Source: Podarcis melisellensis
Taxonomy: Eukaryota
Length of the DNA: 64,000 bases
Direction: 5' to 3' (one strand)
Assembly (NCBI GenBank): GCA_964234715.1
Contig: OZ174275.1
The notes under the pieces were generated by a model. The model was not told the origin of the DNA. It made no database searches and was given only the letters and a program-made list of their open reading frames with translations. The position numbers and the translations under genes are program-made. Of the stretch, positions 50,452 to 62,332 are shown one piece after another. How positions within the stretch are numbered: the first letter of the stretch is position 1; every line of letters starts with the position of its first letter.

Positions 50452-50528
50452 GAGGGAGCTGCCCAGAGTGGCTAGGGAAACTCAGCCAAATGGACAGGGT
50501 ATAAATAATAAACATTATTATTATTATT
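50452..50528 (+). mobile_element. L2-type 3' tail ending in (ATT)n
   Basis: gctgcccagagtggctagggaaactcagcc...gggtataaataataa...attattatt. Confidence 0.6.
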
Positions 50529-51360
50529 GGAGAGCTGAGCCCACCGGTTTCTGCAGGATTAATGTTTGAGTTGTGCCCATTCATCCTTTTCATTAGGGAT
50601 TCCCACTTAGCTCAGGTAAATTACTGAAATGTACTGCTTGTGCATGATGGTTGGAGGATTTGTCTGTGAATTGATAATGTGCCTGGCTGATGTTATTGTT
50701 GATGGAAAAGAGAGGGCACTAGGATTTGTCCTAGGCTCAGTCCTTTGGTTTGTGGTTGACTGCTGGTCATGAGTAGGGATTGCATGAGTAGCTGTCCAGC
50801 TTCCCAGCAATCTATCACCCAAAGGTTGTCTCCTGCCCTGTATGCTCAGAACTGACTCCCATAACATGGTGACACCTCTCTTATTTGAAATCCCTCACCA
50901 GAAGTAATATTTTCTGCCCACAGTCTTTAGCACAAACATATTATTTCCTATGTATTCCACCTAGTGGTGCAGCAATAAAACTGCTAGCACATTTGCAAAG
51001 CTCAGCGGGGTCTAGTATGCTTTCAAGTTGGATGGGTGACCGTGTGTTGAGATTCCAGCATTGCAGGGGGATGGACTTAGATGGCCTTTGCGGTCCCTTC
51101 CAACTCTACGATTCTATGATTATAAGTCATAATGTAGTCTGTTGGCTAATTAAGCCTAACGGTATGTATTTGAAACAACCATATATTCCTTCTCTGCTAA
51201 CTTCTGCAGCTTTTCCTTTCATATTCTCTAAAGTACCATGCACACTATTGGGGCTACATAAATCAATGCATGAAATATATTGCTGTCTGTAGACTATTAT
51301 AAACTTAACCTTCTTTGAAATAATGGTCATTTCCCAGGAGTAGTTGTAGATCCTCTAAGA

Positions 51361-51499
51361 CGGCTTCCCCGAACCTCATACTTTCCAGATGTTTTGGACT
51401 AGAGCTCCCATTAGCCCCAGGCAGCACAGTCCAGCTGGCTCAGGCTGATAGGATTTGCGTTGCAAAACATCTGGAGGGCACGAGGTTGGGAAAGGCTGC
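51361..51499. mobile_element. Palindromic MITE
   Basis: ccagatgttttggact...aaaacatctgg. Confidence 0.7.
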
Positions 51500-51944
51500 T
51501 TTGGGATGCGTCAGCAGGATTTTAGGGTTCATCCATACTTACCTTTGCTTTGCATTTGTAGGCACAGGTTCAAGCTTTCCAGATCCAGATCTGAACTCTG
51601 TTTTTTGCCCCACGCTTTCCCTGCAAAACCCTCTCTTTCCCATTGAACTGGAGCAAACAGCAATCCACTGAAAACCCAAATTGCCATTTGCACCTATTTG
51701 TTGTCAAAGAGTGGATTTTCCTGGGTGAAGCACTCAGACATGGACTGGAAAAGTGTGTGGGGGGGGGGAGATGGGATGGGATGGGTGAGTTTCAAACCAC
51801 TGAATCTCTGTGACTTTAGTGTTGCTATTTAAAGCTCAGTGTTCAGGTTATCCACTGAGATCACTGCATCTACAATCAGATTTTAGGTGTTGGTTTTAAA
51901 AATAAAGCAATAATATAGTATTGGCAGTGTTGGCTGCCACCCCC

Positions 51945-51946
<2 letters not shown>

Positions 51947-51979
<33 letters not shown>
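51947..51979. repeat. (AC)n microsatellite
   Basis: Read directly. Confidence 0.9.
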
Positions 51980-51981
<2 letters not shown>

Positions 51982-52416
51982 CAGGCTTCTCCATGTACCC
52001 AAATAGTACAGGAAGGAACTTGGTTGCAGTGGCATCTCTTTTTTACAAACATAATTTGAGTAAAAGCCTTGAGATGATAAGCGTGGTAGAATTTTGCAAG
52101 TGAGGGGTTATATTTTGATTCCTACCCCTCTGAAAAAGCTCCCTGCATGTAGTAAGGGAGAGGGCTATACAAAGCAATCCCCACTGCTGTGCCAGGGGAA
52201 CCTGTGAAGTGATGGGCATTTCAATATATGCTTCCCTCCAGCCCTCTGAAATGGTATGGTACAGCATTTGTTCACTACAGTCAACTGCCTCAGTCTACAT
52301 AATATGAAGAAAGACTCTCACTTCCTTCCATGGAATGGAGCAAAAGTCAGAAACACACACACACGCCATCTTGAATGGTTCTGTTTTTGGTTAAACAAGT
52401 TGTCCCTCTCGTGCAG

Positions 52417-52679
52417 ATGCAAGAAAATGAGAAACCACATCACGAATTGGTTTCAGAAGAGCTGCCCGAGGAAAAACTGCCTGAGATGGAGATCAGAGTG
52501 GTTGGTGAGGAAACTTCCACAAAGGAATCCCTTTTCAAAGTGGTCCAGACCCCTGTGAGCGAGATCGATGAGACAGCCACCCTTCCTGCACAGCTGGATA
52601 GATCTCACAGCGTACAACTTGAGGGCTACCTAGGACGGAAGCACGATATAGAGGCACCTAACAAGAGGGCTTCCAACAG
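52417..52679 (+). CDS. SPTB: SPTB exon 33 (long isoform; linker and start of PH domain)
   Basis: gtgcag|MQENEKPH...SVQLEGYLGRKHDIEAPNKRASNR; 263 nt. Confidence 0.9.
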
Positions 52680-52761
52680 GTACAGTTGAATGTTTGCATG
52701 GCTTCTGGTCTGGTCTCTTGTATGAAGAATTGGCAACAGCTTCCCTAATTAACATACACAG

Positions 52762-52887
52762 CAGCCATTGCCTACCTGGTGCCTTCTGGTTGTTTGGAAC
52801 TACAACTCCCATGATCCATGACCATTGGCTAGGCTGATGGGAATTGTAGTACAAAATTTCTGGAGGGTACCACATCGACAAAGGCTG
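52762..52887. mobile_element. Palindromic MITE
   Basis: actacaactcccat...atgggaattgtagt. Confidence 0.7.
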
Positions 52888-53314
52888 CTTTACAGAGTTG
52901 CTATTGCTGGGGGCCACCGGCAGGTAGGTCTCCACTGCAGGACAAATGAAATGAAGTCAAATCCTATGAGTTCACAACAGTTCGAGGCAAACGATGAAGG
53001 TGATATAGGTGGCGGGAACAGTATTGTCGCCCCTGCTTGTGTGAAAGGTTCTTGGCACGTTGGGCTTTATGGAAAGGAGAGGTGAAAAGCTTTCCTGCAG
53101 TGTAAGGCCCATGCTGGCAAAGTCTTTGTGCTCGAGAGGGGATTGGGGCCGAAGCAAGTGTGGTTGTTGTGAGACTTTTCTTAGCATGACTGCAGCATTT
53201 GTGGCATACAAATGCAGGAGCATAGCACTGCAGTGGCCCAGTGAGGTCAGCTCAAAAAGGCAATATCCTTAATTTAAATTCAAGAACAAGGTGTGGTCCA
53301 CAGTGTCTGTAAGT

Positions 53315-53594
53315 CAGGGGTCGGCAAGGTTTACCTCATCTGGGCCGGTTCGCTCCCGCGGAGATCGCTCTGTGGGCTGGATCACATCTGCGCAGACGCG
53401 TTTTTTGGCATCTGAGCATGTGCACACACAATTTCTGGTGCCATGGAAGTGAGTCCCCACTCTGCACTGCGCTGGTTTAGCGTAGAGCGCTCGGACTCGC
53501 CGAGCAGGCGGCTCGGTTTGGGAATGGCTCATGAGCCATTTAAACGACCCCGTGGGCCTCTTGGGACCCATGGGCCGCAGGCTGCTGAGCCCTG
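53315..53594. mobile_element. hAT-type MITE, CpG-rich and probably young
   Basis: TIR caggggtcggca/tgctgagccctg; 8-bp TSD CTGTAAGT. Confidence 0.9.
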
Positions 53595-54393
53595 CTGTAA
53601 GTCCTTACAAGTATCCTGAACTATTTTAGCCCAAACAGGTGGAATCTGATACTTATTGGCTGGTTGTGCCACTGTCTCATAGTTGGTATATGCTCTGGAG
53701 GTTATCACCTTCCTCAAACGCTGAAACCATTGCATACCAAACATTGGATTTTAGGCTTTCAAGAAAAACTCCTAGTCATTCATTTTAAGCACCATAGAGT
53801 TTATTTTGTTAAATTCTCTGACCACTTACAGTGATCAAAAAGATGGCCAAACTCACAATCTTCTCTCTAGGATATTTTTATTAGACACAGAAACGTCCAT
53901 CTGGTCTTGGCATGTTCTGTTTCATTTCATTTTGTTCTCTTAATAGACACTCCTGAACAAAGATCCTTTTAGGAATAAGGCCCTTTTGCTTTTCTTTCTC
54001 TGAAAGATCTTTTGTTTTGCCTACTACAAAAAAAAATCATTTAAAAAAAAATATATCTTCAGGTATAGCTTTTGCCCCTCCTGGGGAATACAATAATAAT
54101 AATGTTTTTCTGACACCAAAAGTTAAATCTGAGATTTAAAAAAAACTAGTGTTACTAAAGACACTAATAGCAAATTCTATTTAAGAGATCAAAATCAAGC
54201 CCTGTTTTTCTGATTCTAGAAAGTGAGCTAGGAATGAACAAAACAAATCTTTTGAGTCTGATGGGCGGTGGGGCGGGAGTCACACAACACAATCCTATAA
54301 ACATTTACTCGGAAGTGAGTCCTGTTGTGTTCAATGGGCTGTGTTTCGGAGTGTGGCATGCAGCCTCAGAAGAGTTTGTGTCCCCTAATGTAA

Positions 54394-54588
<195 letters not shown>

Positions 54589-54844
54589 TAAGGCCCCCAA
54601 CAGCTTTCCAAAACTTTGTTCCAGTGTGAGCCAGTTTGGGTCAAACTCTAAGGCAGACAGTCTCTGGCCATACGATTGCTGCAGATCCTTTAGCAAGATA
54701 AGCTTTCTGGGTATAGGCAATCTTCCGTCTGAACAACCAAGAGGTTATCTGGGGAAATGGTGCCTTTCAAGGTGTGACTCAGAGTGGAACGCACATTTTC
54801 AGTTCATGATTTTTAGAAAATGTTTATGCAGTCCAAAGTGATGA

Positions 54845-55445
54845 ACACATAAGAGAACTCTTCATTGCATCAAACCACAGGCCCATCCAGCCCAACATCC
54901 TGTTTCCCATAATGCAACCAAGATGCCTATGGGGAGCCCACAAACAAGGCATGAACACAATAGCTAATCCCTGCCTCTGATCCTGGAGGCAGCATACAGC
55001 CAGTGTGCCTTATCCCCTGTGCATTTGTCTAATTCACATCAAAAATTAGGTTGATAGCCACCAACAACTCTTGTAGCTGTGAGTTCCATAGTTTAACTAT
55101 GCATTGTGTGAAGAAGTGCTTCCTTTTGTCTGTCCTATATCTACCACCATCCAGTTTCACTGAATGATCCTGGGTTTCGAGTATAATGAGGGGGGGACGA
55201 CACACTTCTCTTTGTCTTTTATACACTATCCCAAATATGGGTGTAGCTAGGATTTTTGTTGGCGGGGCAGAACTGACGTGATTGGTCAGTTAGTTAAGTA
55301 TTTCTATTGTTTTACTTGATCTAGGGTGGGGCAGCTACCCCACCCTGGCTACGTCCAAGACCCCAAATGTTGTAACCTTTCCTTCTAGGGGAGTCCCTCC
55401 AGCCCCCTGATAATTTTGAATCCCCTTTCCTGCAGCTTTCCCAGC
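54845..55445 (-). mobile_element. CR1 LINE 3' fragment interrupted by a MITE (~55239-55358)
   Basis: Minus-strand ORF HSVKLDGGRYRTDKRKHFFTQCIVKLWNS matches the CR1 ORF2 C-terminus. Confidence 0.8.
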
Positions 55446-55864
55446 TTGAGTTACTGAGATGCTCTTTAGTTACGGTAATCCATCTCAGCCTGTTACACAA
55501 GAAAGCCCCCCAGACACCAGCATTTTTCCTTTTTATTAATTGTGTGCTTCTCTTGTTGCCTCAGATCTTTTGAGCGCACTTTGGTACATTAATTAAAACA
55601 CTTATTTGCCAGAGTCACCTCAAACTGTTTGTTTGCTTATGATGACCTTTATAACCTGCCCTTCCTCCCAAACGAGCCCAGGGCAGAATTAGTTCATTGA
55701 GCAGTTTTGTATGCACTGCACTTACTCTTCACAAGTTGCACATACTGTACAGGATTGTGAGGCAGGGCAAGGGAGTTAAACAAGGTGATGTTTTGGTATC
55801 TTCCAACTCTGTAATGATTTGGTTCTTAAAGCATGCAGTAGCACATATTTGCACTTCTCACTGT

Positions 55865-56272
55865 ATTCGGAGAAGGATGACAAAGATGTTGAGGGGCCAT
55901 CTTTGTAGAAAGGTTAAAGGAGTTTAGCCTGGAGAAAAGATGATTGAGAAGTGAAATGATAGCCATCTTCAGATGTTTGAGGGGGCTATCACATAAAGGA
56001 TAGAGTAGATCCCCCCTCCCCTGTTAACTCCTGTGGAATAGGATCTGAACCAATGATTCATTAAATGAATTTTTGACTAAACCTTAGGAAGAAACTTCCA
56101 GACAGTACAAGTTGAAACAATGGCATGGACTAGCTTGGAAGGTGTGGACTCTCCTTCATTAAATGTTTTTAAGCAGAAGCTAGATAGCCACCTGTCAAGG
56201 ATGCTATAGCAGTGGATTTTCTGCAATGTCAGGTTACACTAGATTACTTTTTGGAGTCCCTTCCAACTCTCT
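55865..56272 (+). mobile_element. CR1 LINE 3' fragment
   Basis: tttagcctggagaaaaga...gtggactctccttc...tcccttccaactct. Confidence 0.75.
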
Positions 56273-56358
56273 GTGTGGACCTCCTGACAAGAAGTCACCC
56301 TTAGAGCCAGGTAACTTTTTTTTAAAGTGTATTATATAATGATTTTTGTACTTTGCAG

Positions 56359-56401
56359 ACTCAGCAATGGGAGTGAATGGCTCTTCCATGGCAAAGATGA
56401 G
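56359..56401 (+). CDS. SPTB: SPTB exon 35, PH domain
   Basis: LSNGSEWLFHGKDE; 43 nt. Confidence 0.93.
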
Positions 56402-57170
56402 GTAGGTGTTGTCATGAATTCTGGGCTTAAGAAATGAACCGTGTGTCACTGTTTCCATGTACTGAAGTAAATGGTACCACTTTGCATCATACTGTTTTGC
56501 TAATCAAAGCTTTGGCATGGCTAGGCCACTAACCATGACTGCTCATTGAATCAGCAGTCAATTACAGCTAGGGTCACACCCACTTGATGGAGTGGGAAGG
56601 AGCTGGAATATATTTAGGTTTTCATAGGGTAGGAGAAAAGGTGTTTGTGTTTCATCAAATAACTATTTTAAGTTACTAGAGCTGGCTAGCAAAGTGTCAC
56701 CTTGGGGCTTGCTGTTGCTTTTTGAGGCCCGAGTGTATTAAGACTAGTAGCACCTGTGTGTCTGCTTGCATCTCAACTGCTCTATGTATATATTTGAATT
56801 ACCAGATATTAGAGGGGAAACTCCTCAAGTGTCCTGTATTCTCATAAGGGATATTGCCTTTAAATGACTGTTCCTGGAACTTTGGGGAAGTCAGGAAAGC
56901 TCAGCATTCTATTCAGAGCCAACTGAATGGCTGCAGCCATATGTAGAAATACTGGCATTAGATTGAAATGCCATGTGGAAAGCAACTAACATTGATTTCT
57001 AACAGAAAAGGAAGCAAAATAAAATGGGTCTCTAGGTAGGGTTCCGTGAGTAGAATTAATGTGCAACCTTTTTTTAATAAGAAGATTGAGGCTGCAATCC
57101 TATGCCCACTTACTTGGGAGTAAGCACCAGTGAACTTAACAGGGCTCACTTCTAAGTAGACACATATAGG

Positions 57171-57319
57171 CAGTGCTTTTTTCTGGGGCTACACAGTGGT
57201 ACACATACCCCTAAACATTTTGTGAATCTAAGTTTGGCCTCATTGAGGGGCAGTATTTCAATATGAGTAGGAAAATGAGAGTACCCCTAAACATTTTTTT
57301 TAAAAGAAAAAAAGCACTG
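57171..57319. mobile_element. MITE adjoining an older palindromic element (57089-57170)
   Basis: TIR cagtgctttttt/aaaaaagcactg. Confidence 0.75.
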
Positions 57320-57656
57320 CAGCTGAGTATACATGTCTACTCAGACGTATAAATCTCTGTGTGAACTGATCATTCTCTTGGTAATTGAATTTATTGGCTT
57401 CTTAATCTATTTTGAATTATTCTGCTTTAACATGTTTTCCTTCCTTAGTTCAATGTGTTCCTGCCCCTCAGCTTTTCTCTGGGGGAGCTAGCCACAATCA
57501 GCCAATATTTTGGATGTTTTTGAAGAAACATTTAAAAATGTAGAAAGTACATAGTCAAGACTGCTGAAATGTCTTTTTGTCTTTTCTTTTGGTAACATTG
57601 CTTTGGGTAGCAATTGGCAACTGAACTTTGTGTAAACCGGATTTTGTTGTTGGCAG

Positions 57657-57824
57657 GATGATATGCACACCTGGCTTCAGGGCTTCAGCACAGCAATAAT
57701 CGAATCCCAAAGCATTAAAACCAAGGCCCAAAGCCTGCCTCTGCCTTCCATCACTACCATGGACGTGAGTCTGACCAAGAAAGACAAAGAGAAGAGATTC
57801 AGCTTCTTTCCCAAAAAGAAATAG
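57657..57824 (+). CDS. SPTB: SPTB exon 36, last coding exon
   Basis: DDMHTWLQGFSTAI...KDKEKRFSFFPKKK*; 168 nt. Confidence 0.95.
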   Translation, partial: DDMHTWLQGFSTAIIESQSIKTKAQSLPLPSITTMDVSLTKKDKEKRFSFFPKKK

Positions 57825-60800
57825 CTAGACAGGTGGCTTGGTCCAGCCAGATGCCTATGTTCTAATGTGCATAACGGGGGGAAACCTGCATGTCTGAGTG
57901 TCCCTGGGCACTCCTGGCACCACTCAAAACACTGTTCTCATCTCCACAACACAGCCCTGCTTCTCATTTCCCACCACATCCCCATCTCTCCCCCCCACAC
58001 AACCCAGGGCATCAAGCCAGTGTTTCAGAGCTGCGAGGTGTGTGTCCTTGGTTGGTTCATTGGGAATGCAGAGTTCAGCAAGGCTGACCTTGTGCGTGAT
58101 CATGCTTTGCACACCTCTCTGTGAACAAAGAACTACTTCAGGGAAGAAGACAGTGTGTCGATTTCAGGGGCTTTTTATGGAAGAAAGGAGTGAAGCAGGA
58201 ACCTAGCCCACCCCAAAAGGGAACTGAATGAAAACCATGATGGCTCTGGAGCAATTCTGCTTATCTCGGAGTTTGGGGAAAATACGCCCTCAGCTCATTG
58301 CCAAAAGCCCTGGTTCCCAGAAGCTGCTTTCCCAAATCGTCTGTTGGAATAGAACAGTCATGTGGAATTTCACCATCATCTATAGCACAGGCACACCATG
58401 CATCAAGATCCAACCCTCATGCTGGAAGTCAGTTTTCTCTTTTCAGCAGGTCTGATGCTCTTCTTTGCAGGGGCATCTGTGACGTACGCACACACGCATG
58501 CACAATACCGTGTCACAAAGCACAGAACTTTCTCACCAAAAGGTTCCACCCAGAGTCCACTGTGTTGGTGGCGGAATCCTTGCTCGATTATAAATGAATC
58601 AGGGTTGCAACCAAAGAGGAGAGCATGACCCATGTTCAGACTTCTGCACTAAATTGGTTAGAATGGAGACGTGTTAGAAATGTGTGTGTGTGTTTGTGAA
58701 AAAGAGAGGAAGTTTGCTCACCCGCTGCAAGCACTAGAAATACAATGAAGCTGAAGTTAGTTGCAGCTACGCCCCACTGAGAAGCAGCCTGTTGGGTATC
58801 AGTGGACTTTAGCCACCATTAACTTTTGCTGAATTGTGCCCCACATTACTTAATGAGGTTTTTATCAGCCCCACTATATTTATGCCGGGGTTAACTTTGT
58901 GACTAGGCTGAATCCAGGTGCCCTCCCCTCCCCTGAGCTTTCTGTAAACATCTGTTCTGTGTTGGCTCAGCTCTCCAGAAGCAAATGGCTCCTCTCTTGT
59001 CCCTCCGAGGATGCGTTGTGCCCGAGCATGGCCTTTGGTAATCCACTGCACTGCTTACACTTCTGTAGAATGGAGTGTGGCTTTCTCAGTTACTGTAAAT
59101 GCAGTCTTAATCCCAACTGCTCCCTTCTGCAGAGACCTCTGCCTGTGATGTGTGGGTGTCTGAATGGCTGTTTAAAATATATACAGGCACATCTAGCTCC
59201 AACCTTATGATAAAGTTCACACGCCCCTTATCCAAGGAAGGAATTCATCATCCCCCCTCCCAAAGACAGATGGCTGCTCAGCTTATTTGCTCTTTTGGAA
59301 CATATTGCTGGAGAGCTAATTGCTTTTGACATTGAGTGGAGCCTGGAGATTGCCTTTCCTGCAATGGCCTCTTTGCAGCGATAGTAATACTAAGGATTCT
59401 GAAAACAGCAGGCTCCCATTCTTCAGTTGTCTTTTGAGCACCCCACCCCTAGGGCTCATTGCAATTTCTAAACCATGTTTTCTTTGTGGGTGCCATATAC
59501 CATACAAAAAGTGCCTTAACCTAGGGGCATCTCATTATCATCACTCCAGGAGTGCGCAGGCTCTGTAAACACCATGAACAGATTGGTTTGGATTCTCCTC
59601 GCTCGAAAAGGAAGCTATGAAACTGTCTCTTTAAGCAAAAGAGATGGGGATCCGGGGGGGGGCTGTCTTTGCCTCACACCCACAGCTGTGGGAAAAAGCA
59701 GGGCTTGGCTTGACACTTACTGTCATGGATCCAGGCACCAACAGCTGAGGCTTGAGGTTTTTCCACATGTTACCTTTTGTCAAGTCTCAAAAGTGTTAAA
59801 TTTCTCCAGATCTCCTGGGCTGTAATGGGTAGCTGACAATCGGCTGCCTCACTATTGTGATGAGCAGAGCAGATTCTTCCACAATGCTACATTCGAAAAG
59901 CCAATACATCTAAATGGTTTTGAATTATAGTGTTCCGGGTTGTGGAGTCTGGTAGCATTAACCCCACTGAACATCACCAGTGCAGTTATACGACGGCTTA
60001 GCTGCCAGCCTTCTCCTTTCTGCCATTATAAAACATCACTGCCATAAAAGATGATCTTCCCCCTTTTATGTTCAGAGTAGGATGCACCCCTAGGTGACTG
60101 CTGAACAGCAGATTGTACCACAACCCACATCTTGCAAAATTGGGTTTTTAAATATGAAATTAATCAGTAGGTGCAGGGATGGTTGCAAGGGGAGGTGGAG
60201 AAGAAAGTTGAAAAGCAGAGCAGGCAGCCTTACTAATTAAGCATCCCTCAATGATGCTGGTAACTGGTGCCAATTGGGGGCTGCTAGGGCAAAAGGCAAG
60301 GAGACCTGCAGTAGGCTTAGCTAGAGCCAACTAAATCTGGTTTTGCCACTGTGTTCTACAAGTGCAACACCAAGACTGAGGAGCAGTGCCACACTCTTGA
60401 CTGGTTCTAAGTGGGAAGGCCATGAGAGCCCCATTAGTTCTAATGGAGAAGCTTCCACTGCTTCCATAAGCCTTTCTTGCTTCCAGAGGAAGAGCAAGCA
60501 GCGCCCGTGAAGACCCTCAGTCAGAGCAGTCAACACACTAATACTTCTCTGTTGCTGCACAGTTGGGACACTAGTCAGTGATATAGCATGCTATTACAAC
60601 AAAGACTTAAATATTGTGGATAATTTGCCACAGTGCTGATATTCAAGGCATGCAGCCCTAGCCTGTGCAGATAAAGGGGCGTCTATGCTCACTGAAAGGA
60701 GTTAGCTTAGGCACATGTGAAACAAAGCCTATTTAAGCAGAATGCCTTTATGCTCCATTTCAAGGCTAAAACATGTAAGGAGTCTCTCCACCAGGGTACT

Positions 60801-62314
60801 GATGGTTATTGCTAGGGAGCGCTCAAAAGTGCAAAAGGGAGGGGGAACTCTTCTCTAGCAAAATCAGTGGGCATTCTTAGGAACAAGAGCCGCCAGCCTG
60901 CCTGGAATCGGCATTCTTCTGGTGACCTTGCAAAGCCGTGCTGAAAGCCTGTGGGCTGCTTATCGTCAGCCTGTTCATTGGTGCCCAGACGACAATGCCA
61001 GCACTGGGGAAGAGCAGTGCATCTCTGAGCACATGCAGAGAGGTCCCGTCCCCCCTGCCTGCCTCCCTGCTTGCAGCTGAGCAGTACTGGCACCTTTTTT
61101 TCTAGAAAAGAAAGCACTGCCTGCCATAATTACAATCTGAATGCCCCCAAAGTGGTATTTTCTCCACTCTTCCAGTCCATGCTTATAGAGGAGAGATAAG
61201 CTTTATCAGCCTGCTGAAGAGAGCACAGAATGGCTCAACTAAGAAAAGGGGGGGGGAGGCAGGATGTTTGGACTTCATTGTGGGATTTTTTAAAAATAAA
61301 ATCTTATGTGAGGCAGCTCTGTCTAGGAGAGGCACCAGGCAAGGAATAGTAGGGATCCTGCAAGTTTAGGGTGACCGTTTTCTTTTAGACAACAAAGCAC
61401 ATGAGAATTAGGAGGAGCCGATTCTCCAGCAAATGCCACCAAGAAGAGAAATATTTACTAAACATGCTACCCGACTGCAATTGTACAACAAATATACCGT
61501 TGGGACCTCATAAGCATTCTGGCTTTAGCAAGCTCAGCCATCCCTTCCCTTCCTGGAGGATATTTTCACCTGTCAACTCCTGAGTTTCAGGTATGGTTTC
61601 AGGAAGCTGAAAACACACAAAGCTAGGCTGAAATGTTATTTGAGACTATTCCTGCTGTATGACCACTGCCCTATACTAGGCTACGTGCTAAATAAGGAAG
61701 TTGCTTCAGACCTTATGCGTACTTGTTCTGCTCCCCCGTTTCTTTAACCTTTTGCTTGTGCACAGCACCATAAGCTGTGCTCCCAGACCTCTGTTTGGTT
61801 TCAGCTTGGCGCATTTCGAGTGCAGTCGTTGTCGGTGTGCCATTATGTCTCGCTGCATTGTGCTCCTACCCATTACAGACCCAGGGAGTGTTATCATTTC
61901 CCTAGCAGGAACCATTTGCTGTCTGGCAACTTGCAGCCTTCCCGTGCCTGGCTGTGCCTAGCTCTTCCTTCTTAGATCTAAAGCGACTTCACCTCCGTCA
62001 AGCGGCTCCTCCATCAGGCTTAGCTCTCCGAGACCCCACTACTAATGCAGAGGTCAGGACCTGTCAGAAGGGAGCTCCACATGCACCAGGCCCAGAACAT
62101 GTTTGCTTCAGAAGAGCAAGGGCTGTTTCTTGGAGATACGGAGAACAGCTAAAGTAGCCCAGGACCTCTCCTACAGGTTTATAGGGTTTGGGGGTTCATA
62201 CTCTTAAAAACAGCTAGGCACCAAGTTCCACCTGCTCCAATGTGCTTCCACTGTCCAGAGAAAAGAGCTAAAGCTTCAGAATGTGCTTCAGAAGCAATTT
62301 AATAACATTTTTCT

Positions 62315-62332
62315 AATAAATGAACAAATAAA
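62315..62332 (+). terminator. Candidate distal poly(A) signals of the long isoform (3'UTR about 4.5 kb)
   Basis: Two AATAAA (62315, 62327) followed by a GT/T-rich tract (ggattttgtgtgcaatttctgtttgtt). Confidence 0.5.
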
